A model generated the notes under the pieces. The model saw nothing but the letters and a program-made list of their open reading frames with translations, had not been told where the DNA came from and did no database searches. A stretch of DNA of 55,471 bases, filler included, from Sphacelaria rigidula (lineage: Eukaryota), in NCBI GenBank assembly GCA_964200075.2. It is 6 parts of 6 records of this genome, joined end to end, with 100 filler letters (N's around TTAATTAATTAA, not from the genome) between each part and the next. Parts side by side here need not be neighbours in the genome. Positions count along the whole stretch, not along the records: positions 18,528 to 27,689 come from CAXNAA020009151.1; positions 27,790 to 36,950 come from CAXNAA020009152.1; 4 more parts are not named here. One strand, 5' to 3'. The translations under genes were made by a program, and so were the position numbers. Positions within the stretch are counted from its first letter, which is position 1. Every line of letters starts with the position of its first letter. Below are positions 21,486 to 33,406 of this stretch, piece after piece.

Positions 21486-24253
21486 CCCGACGGTCCGCAA
21501 CAGGGCGGTGCTGCAATAAAGTGGATAGGCTCGTGAAATATTAAACCACAGTGATCCCCGCCGTTGACCGCCGCTGAACCCCGCTGTTGTTCCGGCGCAG
21601 GGGATGTGAAGAATTTGTGCAGATCATACCGCAGCGATCTCACTACAAAAATCAGGGCAGCATGCGGCAAGATCTTTATGACCCTACTAGCAGAGATGGA
21701 TGAGAGGGACATCGAGATCAGCGGCAGTAATGTTCTGGAGGACCTGCACACCGAGGTGTCCAGGAAGAGGTTCCCGCCATCGTCGGAGGTAGGCCAGTTC
21801 GACGCGAAGTTCTGTTAGAGTAAGGCAGGCGTGCTTATTCTCAGTGATGTAGAAGGATGTACTCGGGTGATGTAGGCACACGCAGTACCTCTAACAAAGC
21901 GCCGTGCTCTTGTGCACACGCAGCAAGAAACAGAAAGGAAAACGGTGATTGTTTTGCGGAAACATGGGCGATGAAAGAAAATTGTACCCCTGTTGGTATT
22001 GCAGGTTGGTAATTGGATACATTTCTCTCCAAACTTACAAGATCCGTGTCGATTGCAGCGATCGTCGCTCACGTGACGCAAGTTCGGCACGCGTTTTGCC
22101 AGTAGCCAACTCACCAGCACATTCCGACGCTCGCTGCAAGCGACGTCAGACGTGATCTGTGCCCGCTGTGCAGAACCGCGTCATTCCTGATATATGTTAT
22201 GCTTTTTCTGCCGCGCGGTCACCGCAGGCGATGAAGACTTTCGTCAAGGATGTCTTCGACTATGGCATGGCGGGACATAGGTCGATGTACAACGGCTCCT
22301 ACAAGGATATCTCCATCAACGACGTATACGGAGATATCTTCACCACTTTCGGGGAGATGAGGAAGCCCCCACGAAGGTGCCGGGTGGCGTTGTCTAGGAG
22401 GGGATTTGAAGTTTCGAGCCCACCCTGACCTCGATTTTTCGAGTTGCACCCTGAGGTTTGCTATGTGCGGTAAATAGGGCGTTTTGGAAGCAAGAGTTTG
22501 ACCGGTCGGGAGATCTTTCTGTGGATTCAACGGCGTTATACTGAGACCTGCACAGTGATGATCGCCCCAGAGCCCTGAATAAAATGTTATGGACGGTGTT
22601 TCTTTTCTTAAATATGCCCCCTATTCACTGCGCTTGAACGGATGCGGGGTGTAATCAACGACGCGAAGTCACCCACAACCAGTCTTCTGCACGTTGCCCA
22701 ACGCCAGCGTAAGGGCGGGGCGACATTCGCAGCGTTGACAACTAACTGCTGAAGAGACGTGGCTGATGGCGAATCGTAACGGCTTGCCTTACAGTCTACT
22801 TCTCGGTCGTAGGTGTGAGCGCCCCTGTTTGTTCAACACTTTCCTTGAGTTCGATTTCATGTTTTTTTGCGCTTCTTCTGGGTCGAGGTGATGTCGAGGG
22901 GGGAAAAATAGCATCATGAAAATATTGACGACCTCGGTTTATCCCTCACAATCAAACGAAAAACATCTTACCACCCACGTTCAACAATGTCACGGGAAAT
23001 ACGCCAGGACAAGGATGAAGTGGCGCAGTATTTTGGTGGCCACTCAACGGCCCATGTTTCGTGCAAATAGAAAGATATGTTGTGTAGGGCCTCGGTAGGG
23101 GCACATGAACGAAAGGGACGGGTCACGAGGGTAAGTATCCATTAATGAGAGTGATTTACGGCGTTTTAGTTTGGCAACGGCCAGTTTCGGGCGCAAACGC
23201 TCGATCCTCTCAAGAAAGAGGAATGTGTTACCCGTATTGTTTTTGAGGACACGTCTCCGGCGCTCCATGCCAACATCCAAATCATGGATTAAAAATCGAG
23301 TCAGATGAACCGAGATGAGGCCCAAGTGCAATGTTCATTTCTCATGGAAACTCACCAGAAGTGGGGAAGAGAAACAAGGAAATTGAATAATGCCCGAAGC
23401 CTCCTAATTTTCACAAATGATTATGCATGGGGGGTTCTTCATACGAAGTTGTATCCTATGTCGGGTAACTCCTTACGCCCAGGTCTATGTTGCACCCCGA
23501 ACGATGTTTTTTGCGGATGACGACGAATTTTGGTGTGGACATCGGACGTCCGTTACCTCAATCATCTCGTGTCCCTGTTCGCCCGCTACCCCGGCGAGCG
23601 TTGTAGTTATTGTCTTGAGGTTCACTACGCGTACCATGTAGAGCCGGCAAAACATGCAGCCCGCCGCCCGATGTGTCCCTGAGAGACGAGGTCGCTGACG
23701 TTGTCCCAACCCTGTATCACATCCCATGGTATCTGCCGACAGCGTTCGTTATGCACGACGCCCACGCACCCATCCCGGCAACGAACATCATGACGTTGTC
23801 GCGTGCTCTGTACCAGGCAGCAATACGCATTCTGCGGGGGGCCTTGAGTATAGTCGAGGCTGATCATAATGACGTGGGGGAAGTTCCAGGCGAGGTGGAG
23901 AACAGGACGGCTGTCAACATCAAATACCGAGTAGGTGCTTGGGCCGCCAACTGGGCTCCCTGAAAGGAAGCCGACGACCCTAAGGAATCGAGGAAGCAAG
24001 ATACGAAGGGCAAAGCGTGGAAATGCGAGTGAGCACAAGACCGTAACGCGGAGGGGTCCTCCGCCGACGGTTGGCCCGTATAAGTGCAAGTATTAGCATA
24101 TGCTACCACTCGGGAAATGTTAGCAGGCGGAGACACCTTGATTCAAGAGTCCAACCAAACGACAGGCATTGAAAGACGAACAGGACCAGGATAGACCTTA
24201 ACTCCTCCTGCGATCGCCGAAAGAGCAAAAGAAGCGAAACGCCGTTTTGTATT

Positions 24254-24778
24254 CCGTTTTAGACCGCTTTTTACAGACTCAGAAATGATTCTCTCAGAAG
24301 TGCCCTCTTTGAGCCTTTTCTCCCGGATTTTTTGCGGAATACGAGCCTTGGCGGATTTGCCTTCCTCGTAAAGATTTGCTCTGCTTTTCACGAGGATTCT
24401 AGCGCACTTTCCCGCTATTTTCGACACCTAGTTCTGCTCTTGGCCAGATTCTGGATTTTTTACCGTCACTTGAAAAGTCATTCAGTTGCTGGAGGAAAGA
24501 CGGTCTTTTCTCCGACAACTGGATGGTTTTTGTCTTTTCTCCGACAACTGGATGACTTTTCAAGTGAGTGTAAAGACCCAGAATCTGGCCAGGAACAGAA
24601 CTACGTGTCCCAATTATCGGAGAAGTGAGCTTGAATCCTCGTGAAAAGCAGAGCAAATCTTTACAAGGAAGGCAAATCCGCCAAGACTCGTATTCCGCAA
24701 AAAATCCGGGAGAAAGGGCTCGAAAAGGGCACTTCTGAGGGAATCATCTCTGAGTCTGTAAAAAGCGGTCTAAAACGG
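24254..24778. mobile_element. Large foldback element (~525 bp palindrome)
   Basis: ccgttttagaccgctttttacagactcaga pairs with tctgagtctgtaaaaagcggtctaaaacgg. The ~245 bp arms pair almost to the centre, which holds a duplicated gtcttttctccgacaactggatg. Confidence 0.85.
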
Positions 24779-27114
24779 CCGTGAAAAGTAAAGCAGGAAA
24801 AACGAAATATGTTGCAGATTTTGAAAAAACACCGCAGATTCAATGGGCCTTGACTCCTGCTGCGATCGCAGAAGCAGCATAATCCCCTTCTTGTCCAAAA
24901 AAAGGGCCATGGAAAAAAAAATAGAAGAAGATCCAAAGTATGTCACAAAATCATATAAAAAACAGCAGACATTTCAGGCGAAAAAGTAAGCCAGACTAGT
25001 ACCACGGCGGGGGACGGGGATCTCGTGGGAAGCCCCGTTCCTAAGTCAAGTAAAATCAGGGCCACACACGTGGCCCCCCGCCACAACCCCAACCATAGCT
25101 TCACGTTCTCCCTCCATCTAAACATGATCTCAACCGCTTGGGGCTCGTTTGTTTTGTGCATGAAAAGGGGCAGTAAAAGGAGAGGGAGGTGTAGAAGTGA
25201 AACGAAGGCACAGATAAGCGCGCGGGGGGGGGAACGCTGGAAGAAATAACCTATTAGCGCAGAAATTGGGCGAACGAATTAGGATATGTAGTCAAAGTGT
25301 AGACCAGACTGCTTCACGCGTATTGCTCAAAATTGTTTCATGAAGGAATAACTGACGCTAACCCTACCCCAATAAGCGCGATATATATGAATTTGCGTTC
25401 AAGGCCATCAATGTGGAGCCAGGGCGAGAAGGTAACTCGACCAATCAGTGGCCTTCAAATTTAAACTCACGTAATATCGCCATGCTTCAAAACCACTGTA
25501 ACCGCCATGACGACGGGAAATCCAACGATGATTTCTGCAACGATGCTGTCCGGATGGTACGAAATTTTGCATGACGGAAGAGAAAAGGAGCACTTGCGAT
25601 TGTTCACGTTATACCTGTCTTTGAAAAGCTGAAGAAAAAGGCAAAAATGAAGACCCCACGGAGCTTGTCCCAGCATCAACCGCGACGCAGAAGCAGTGCA
25701 CAAGGCGAACTGACCTCGCGTCGCGGGCACACTCCTGAAGACTTCAGCCCCGGGCATCAACGCCTACACTTCCACGAACATGTCTCCAGAATTTGGCCCG
25801 CTGCCAACGTGAGGTCCCCAGCATCCAACTACCTCCCAGCATTGTTTCGGCGCCAGTTCACGGCCAAAATATTCAACAATAAAGTCGCGTCGATTCATAG
25901 TAGCTTGGCCAAGTCGTGCAGTATGACGACGCCGTCTGCTTCCCCGATCCACGGTGTTTTCTCCACCGCGCGCCCATGTCCGCAGGACCTTCGAGTTGAT
26001 CTTGAAGACCATATGTGCGACAGGACGGCCTGGGTGCAAGATCATGGCCATGAAAGACATGGCCGTGCATCTGACCACGGCGATTATCCAGTCAGCCGTA
26101 ACTCCGTACACGTAATAACAGGTACGAAAACGCCTGCAGGTGGGGTTGCTTCGAGCTGCGTTTTCGGCCCGAGGGGGGAGGGGTCGGGCAGAGAGGGGTA
26201 CCGAACGTTGATGATATGGGTTGGGGTACAGGACCGCGAGCGTCCCGTTGGTGCCGGGCGTCTCAATTAGGTCACGACAGACTGTATCAGAGAACCTTGT
26301 CGCATCTGTCAAGCGTGTGCGACAACTGCGTTGCCGAGGGGACCGATAACACCGAATAGTTGGGACGGCCGTGCCCTGCGATCCCGTATGAACCCCGTAA
26401 CGATGCCATTTGTCGGCCCCGTGTTTACATTACCGACTCACAAACGTGCGGACAGGACGGAAAATGCGCGACGAGCCCGTGGATGAAAGCAGCGGAGGTC
26501 AGGCCCGGCGGGTCGCCATTTGGCGTCGACTGCCATGACGTCAAACGGGCGATGGCTCACTTGCAGCACCCAAAAAGCTCGGAGTGCCCATCCCACTTTT
26601 GTTAGGTTCTATACTTGTCGGCGTTTCGCAGCCACTCGATGTGCGCGGAGTGTTGTGTCCCAAAGTACGTTAATGTCGGCACTACAAAGGAGGAGGACCA
26701 CGTATCTGACCAGAACTGATATCACACGTGCTTCCGCCGATATTGTTTTTTTGGGATGTGCGGGATGGTTTTTCGCTGTAGAGTGGCGGCACAGAGGAGT
26801 GGCCTTATCGTTGCTGTCAGGTTGTGTGAACTGATGGCGTATCGCGGTCGCCTGGTGTGCGGCGTGTTCTTGTTGGTATGAGGGCTAATATAGGGTCAAC
26901 TGAGGCCATCGGCCGTAGCTAGCATCTATGTCACGCGTGTTTACCACCGGTTGTAGTATCTCACACCGTATAAGCGATATGTTTGTCCCACTTGCGGTAG
27001 TCCTACTTCCGTGGATTTTCTGAGAGAAACGCGTGCGGGGCAGGGGCCCTGACCGGGGTGCGATGGATGCGGCCGTATTTGTATACGGATACCGGTTTCT
27101 CGTGTGGTGGGTGC

Positions 27115-27580
27115 GCTATGCCATGGTATGAGCTTTACTCCCCCCTTGGAGATAGGTTCATGTTATTGCTCCGATAGCTGCAACCACGGTTCCTCTTCAG
27201 AGCTGAGATTGGCGGATGGTTCATACCACAGGCACTTGCATGTAACAAACTCGTCGTTTGAAACCTGTTCTCCTTTGATGCATCTTGGACATTTCCCGAG
27301 CGGCGGATGATTATTGTCGCAGGAACGCTGAGTGCTATGCCGGGGCATGAGTTTTCGTCCTCCTTTGGAGACCGGAACATGTTGCTCACATCGCTGTAAC
27401 CACGGTTACTCTTGAGATTTGAGATTGGTGGGTGGGTGATACCATAGTCACTTGCATGTAACAAGATGATTGTTTCAAAGCGGTTCTCCTTTAATGGATC
27501 ATTTTCCAAAGTCCCACGTCTATACTTTGTATATTTTTCCCGAGCGCCGGATGATTCTTGTCGCAGGAGCGCGCTAAGTG
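27115..27580. repeat. Diverged ~220-245 bp tandem duplication
   Basis: gctatgcc...ttggaga...aaccacggtt..tctt...tgagattgg...cacttgcatgtaacaa...tttcccgagcg.cggatgatt.ttgtcgcagga occurs twice. Confidence 0.75.
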
Positions 27581-27689
27581 TTGATGATGAGGTCGTCTCA
27601 TAACTCTGCCTCAGGCTTCAAACAGCGGATCATCTATGTTGAGGATGGAGATTTTCATTGAGGATGAGACCCCGGAGGATTAAAATCTT

Positions 27690-27789
27690 NNNNNNNNNNN
27701 NNNNNNNNNNNNNNNNNNNNNNNNNNNNNNNNNTTAATTAATTAANNNNNNNNNNNNNNNNNNNNNNNNNNNNNNNNNNNNNNNNNNNN
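27690..27789. other. Artificial contig spacer
   Basis: N44-TTAATTAATTAA-N44. Confidence 0.98.
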
Positions 27790-27928
27790 AGATTATTCGG
27801 CCCGAAGCGTACTGGTTCTCTTGCATTTGAATGACAGCCAACAATGAGTTGCTTTATTCTGTGGTATCGCCACTTCCAGAGACAGCCATGGCTTTGACAC
27901 TGCCTCATGGGTGTCTAACCATAGGCGG
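27790..27928 (-). mobile_element. 5'-truncated copy of the non-autonomous oligo(C)-associated retroelement
   Basis: Reverse complement (atggttagacaccc...tgtctctggaagtggcgatacc..aagcaactcat...ccagtacgcttcgg) matches copies A and B. The 5' junction abuts a G11 run (27929-27939, C-run on the element strand). Confidence 0.7.
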
Positions 27929-29456
27929 CGGGGGGGGGGTGTCGACCCGTTGAATGCCCGGGCCCCCAGTTGGGTGCTTATAGGACAGCCTTCTGGTGTG
28001 TCCGTAGGGGCGGGGTCGGAATATTTAGTAGAGAGACCACGACACCCCCAAAAGGCATTGCCACGCGTAAATGTGCCGTACGTTATACTCACTTGCGCAC
28101 AAACCATGATCAGCAGCACTTTGCTGTCTCAGGACGAAGAGTAAAACCATCGCGCGGATTGCAGTATGTTCCATGCACATGGTTGTTGACACAAACAGCT
28201 GTTGTCGGTGAGCAGCTGAGCGGCGTGGCGTGTTTACTTGCAGAGGAGTGGGGGTATGCGTGCTATTGCAGCGGCTCGTGCGGGTGTAATTGGGGTAGTG
28301 TTTTGATTTGAGCCCGTTGTTCAAGGGAAAATTCCGCCCGACCTCCAATAGCCAACTGAGCAGGATGAGCACAAACTTACAGACAGACAGACAGACAGAC
28401 ACGAGCAACGATACAGTAAGTAGCACGGAACCGCACCGGTCAGCTTGTCGCCGTCATCAACCCCTGTGTAGGTAGGTCGTGTGGCGGGGGTATCTATCCA
28501 TCGCCCCCAGCATTGCTGAGCCCGACAGTACTCGCAGTTGAATGATGTACAGAGCGCGAAAAAGGTGCACCCGCCTCGCTCAACAAACCATGGCAACAAA
28601 TTTGCTGAATACCTTTTGATCAGGATTTTTTTTCGCGTCACTTCTGCCAAGAGCCCGTGTTCTCCTAGCACAGCGTCCATCTACACCTACGAAGACCATC
28701 CTCCCGAAATTTGCGGGACTATCAGAAGACGAAATCTCGGAATAAAATCTCACGGCCGCGTTCTAACGGTAAGCCCCCCCCCCCCCCTCCCCCGCGCGCG
28801 AATATCGAGATTGAAAGTAGATGCGGTGCTGTAAATGGCCCGCTGCCCCAAACCGCAACCGTGCTGGTCTCCAAATTTTCAGCCCTATCTAGTAAGATTC
28901 CAAAGCTTGTCTGGAGTCGTGAAGTTGGAACGCGGTTTACAGAAAAGCTACATAAAAGGACCGGAAAGGAGCATAGACAGATGCCGACTGGCAGGTGTCG
29001 ATGCCTCAATAAATAACTGTTGCACGTTCCTCTGCGTTCGGGTATCGGGTCAATTAGGTTGGCTGAGATCTTCGTTGTTCGGAAATGTGACGTTTTCAAC
29101 GAGCCCAATTCGACATTATCGAAATCAAAACTCATTTCCGATTTGATTTCAATTTCAACGTCAAGTTGTTTCTTCTTCATTTGTCAAAGACACGCCCCGA
29201 CTGATAAAAAAGCCTTCTTGAGATGAAAGGGACGGTTCCAGAAGGACTACGAGCATCGTAACGGATAAAACGCCCCCACCCCGATGAGTTTCCTCTGAGG
29301 GCCTCGACAGCATGTTGTTCGCTGGCACCCAAAAACATGACACGGACACGTACAGTATATGTATGTATGCATACAAACAACAGGTGCGCGCAGATTTTTG
29401 TTGATTGCTTGAGAAACGATTCCGAGGCGATTGATTCCCCTCATATACAAACACAC

Positions 29457-30300
29457 CTCTCGACCAGACGCCCACGATCTGCGCCGGATCTATCGTCAGC
29501 AATTCCCCCGCCATTGTGCGCACCCACAGACCACGCCCCGACGGCATCGGCTTCTCGTAGTTGCACATCACGAGCGCCTTATGATACCAGATCTCGAGCA
29601 CAACCTCAGGACACAGCATCACACTGTCGCTGGTCGATGGTCGTTCAGTGCTGCCGCCGCCGTCACCGCCCCGCATGGTCATCGCCAATTTCCCCGCACT
29701 GCAATCGTGGATATCGGAGGCTGCTGACATTAAGGGACGCGCGGTGATGGTGTCGGGAGAGAAAATACCTCTCCTGTTGTTGGTCCTGATAGCAGTGGGT
29801 GTGCTGGTTTTCGTTGGCCATGCTCTCTCCTCTCCACAAGACGTTACTTGTCGTGCATGCATGACCTCGCCGACGAAGCTTGCACCGGTCCGACCGAGTG
29901 CACTACTGCTGCTGCTACTGCTACTACTACTACTGCGAGTGTTACATGTTGTAACGGGCCCGCTGCGACTTCTTACCGACCACTGTGATACTATTACCGA
30001 CTGGAAGGCAGGGCGCGGCCCCAACAATTGCCGTGCGGGGGAGAGAGTGAAGCCCTCGACGATGCAGCAGAAGTTGGATAGCTTGGCCATAGCCAGAGCA
30101 GCGGCGGCCGCGCCGGCCATCACAGCAGAAGGATATACGCTGCTGTTGCTGTTGCTGCTGCTGCGTCGTCTTCGTTGAACCGTCCGTTCACTGCGTTTCG
30201 TCGTAGTATCATGATGTCGAGGAACATGAGGTATGCTTCCTGACTGTTGTTGTGGGGTGGTTGTGCGAGTGCTGTGACTTCTCTGCATTTTCGAGACCAT
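29457..30300 (-). CDS. First exon of a probably plastid-targeted protein; start of mature domain weakly resembles plastid/cyanobacterial RNase II (RNB) N-terminus
   Basis: Open frame from ATG at 30300 (or 30120). Signal-like MAGAAAAALAMAKLSNFCCIVEG|FTL has the ASAFAP-type Phe, followed by a Ser/Thr/Arg-rich transit region and then VVLEIW...LWVRTMAGELLTIDPAQIVGVW. Donor AG|GTGTGT at 29457/29456. The product assignment is an inference. Confidence 0.65.
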
Positions 30301-30795
30301 CAAAAGTCCTTCTTTCGTAGGAAAGTAAGGCACTGAGACACACCGCGTGTACTGTTCACTCAGGCACCTTGAAATTGCTAGGTGGAATTAAACAAGGGGT
30401 GGATGGTGTTATCCCCCGTACAATAGATTATAACAAACATGTACCTCGCATTTTCGGAATAATATCATGATTCACGCCGATTCTGTCTGCTGCTTGCTGT
30501 GTGTACTCAACTACAGCTGGGCAGGGTGGCGTTGCAATAAGATGCGCTTCCTCGTTCTGAAAGCTTCCGTTGCTATACTGGGCATGTGCAGCGTTGAGGC
30601 GTTTCTACCTCCGACTACTCGGTAAGTGCCCACAAAACTCGCACGAGTTCGATGTGTTTTTTCAAACGTTTGAACTAAATTTGCCGACGAAGCTATTTCA
30701 TGCTAAACTGTACTGTTGTCTGTGTGCTGTACCAGGTACTATACTCATAGCTGTCATGTTGAAGTATCTCTCATGGTACCAAACCACATGTTTCC

Positions 30796-31219
30796 ATCTC
30801 GCGACGGGGTGAGGGCTGCCCCTCGGCCAACCGCTCCATCGTAGCGACATCGTATCTAGTTGGCCCATGACGCTCGGGGTGGGTGTAAATTGCGTTTCCT
30901 CGACAGCATGGAGCTCCACCGCTCCTTCGCTCAGCGCTTAGCCGGCGGAGCTCCATGCTGCCGAGGAAACACAATTTACACCCACCCCGAGCGTCATGGG
31001 CCGATTAGATACGATGTTCGACCATCTCGCCGCGATGAAGCGGTTGGCCGAGGGGCAAGCTAAGCGCTAAGCTGAGCCAAGGAGCGGCGGAGCTCCATGC
31101 TGTCGAGGAACGACGATTTACACCCACCCCGCGCGTCATGGGCCAACTGATACGATGTTCGACCATCTCGCTGCGATGGAGCGGTTGGCCGATGGACAGC
31201 CCTCACTCCGTCGCGAGAT
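30796..31219. mobile_element. Foldback MITE with duplicated right arm
   Basis: atctcgcgacggggtgagggctg pairs with cagccctcactccgtcgcgagat. There is one left arm and two right-arm copies (~30943-31056, ~31075-31219). Confidence 0.75.
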
Positions 31220-31642
31220 TTGAAGACGATAATGCAGGAGGCTTTCTGGAAAAGACCGAGCACGGCGTGGAGATTCATGAGATTGATGGTAGTGGTGGAT
31301 CCCGGAACAGTCGGAAACCGAATGATCGAAGGCGTCTCAGAAGCACATAGTACAGATAAATCAACGAGTTCCGGTCACAGGGGCAGAGAAAGTCTTGGCC
31401 AGCCCTCGGGAAACAACCCATGTACACATTGAGATACCAGCAGGTGCGAAAAAGAACATCGAGGACCGTGCCCGAGAGAGTAAGGGATGAACCGAGTCAC
31501 CAAGCGATCGAGCTAAGAAGAGAAACGAAAATCGATATGATCAACTCAGACGTGTAAAGGCGGAATGGATACAACAGCCGCGGGTAGTGCACCCACAGAT
31601 TCACCCCATACTATTTGACGAGAAGAGTGGGCGTGAAGATAC

Positions 31643-33406
31643 CACACGTCGGACGAGTCATTACTCGTCGAAACGAGTGCACTCGTGGATGTTTTTTGAA
31701 AACACAACGGGCATGACTCGTGTGCTCGAGTCATTACTTTTTCTTTGCAACGAGCAATGACTCGTGCGCTCGAGTCATTACTTTTTTTACAACGAGCAAT
31801 GACTCGTGCGCTCGAGTCATTGCTGTTTCTTACAACGAGCAATGACTCGAGTGCTTGCCCTTTTATGATTTTTTTTCCACAACGAGCAATGACTCGAGCG
31901 CTTGCCCTATTAATTTATTTCCACAATGAGCAATGACTCGAGTGCTCGCCCCGTTAGTTTGTTTCCACAACGAGCAATGACTCGATTGTTCGCCCTATCA
32001 ATCCTTTTGGGACCGACCCCGGGGTTGACCATGTGTTGGTGAAAAAACCACAAATGAGTCAGAGAGCGACCTGCCCAATCACGGCGAGGCGAAATTTATC
32101 GACCAGACCCGAACGATCAGCGCGGGGACTGTTGCCGAGTGTGATGTCACTGGAAACATCGTGTGGGGGGCCTATCCCTGGCCCAGATAAGCCTTCCCAG
32201 GTTTCCAAAGCCAGGATGCTCGGAGCATGGCTCATCGTATTACTTGCATTTAGTATAGCGTTCCCGAGATTTCCCAGCAGTTTTGTCGGGTCGCCATCCT
32301 ATACTAAGACGTAGTAATTACACTAACACAGGGCGGAGTGGGAAAAACCGGGAAGGAGTGTACATGCCACAATGTGGTCATTTTCACGAGGCACTAGACC
32401 CAGGTGGACCGTGGAAAGACAAAGGGAGCTACCGTCATGATTCTGCTCATCCCTCTGCCGATGACTTGCAGAACACTGTGAATATGTATGTATGTAGTGG
32501 GCGAGGATGAACAAGCTATGTATAGACAGCTGATCTCCGTCGCTGAGAACTGCCCAGAACGTGCAAGGGAGTATGCAACGGTAGCTGCTGTTGCGGTCGG
32601 AGAGGCGTACTGCACTGTTGTACTGTACTGTATGAATGTGCGCCGCAACGCTGATACCCTTCGAAGAGAATTTGTCGCATGCAACAAAGAGGGAAATGGC
32701 GGCCCACCCAGACCACAAAGAGCTGTGTGGAAAGGTGATGGGGCACTAATATCATCCAAAGCCACGAGTGGCGGGCGGCCCGCCGGTCACCGCATCCTGT
32801 TGAAAGCTCTCTAGGGCGACACAAACTGCTTGCTACATCAGATGTACATTGCCTAATGCGCACCCTGCACCTGAGAATAGTTTGGATGCAACTTTCGGTC
32901 TTCCTCATAACCCTGCGGTTACATACGCGGATTTCACCAACATGCCACTGTTTCGTGCAGACGCCAGACACATCATTCCTACAGGTAACGAGCCTCATTG
33001 GTCGTTGTAGAGGCCCGGTCAATAGGGGTTAATTTATTCAACAACGAGCAATGACTCAAGCGTTCGCCCTATCGATTTTTTTCCACAACGAGCAATGACT
33101 CGAGCGCTCGCCCCATTGATTTTTTTCCACAACGAGCAATGACTCGAGTGCTCGCCCAATTAATTTTTTCCCACAATGAGCAGTGACTCGAGTGCTCGCC
33201 CTATAAACTTTTCTCACAGCGAGCAATGACTCGAGTGCTCGCCTCATTAGTTTGTTCCACAACGAGCAATGACTTGAGTGCTCGCCCTATTAATTTTTTC
33301 CACAACGAGCAATGACACGAGTGCTCGCCCTATTAGTTTTTACGGCCAACGAGCAGCTCAACGAGTGCGAGTGCCACGAGTCACACTCGTGCTCGTCCGA
33401 CGTATG
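31643..33406. mobile_element. Complete 1764 bp non-autonomous DNA transposon, 8-bp TSD (hAT- or P-like)
   Basis: TIRs CACACGTCGGACGAG and CTCGTCCGACGTATG (14/15 match). TSD GAAGATAC at 31635-31642 and 33407-33414. ~43 bp subterminal tandem arrays at both ends. Confidence 0.9.

Noticed and set aside
33040-33390. Short repeats with variable intervening bases resembling a CRISPR array
   Set aside because: The intervening bases are short, mutually similar T/A runs, there are no cas genes, the context is eukaryotic, and the array lies inside a TIR element.
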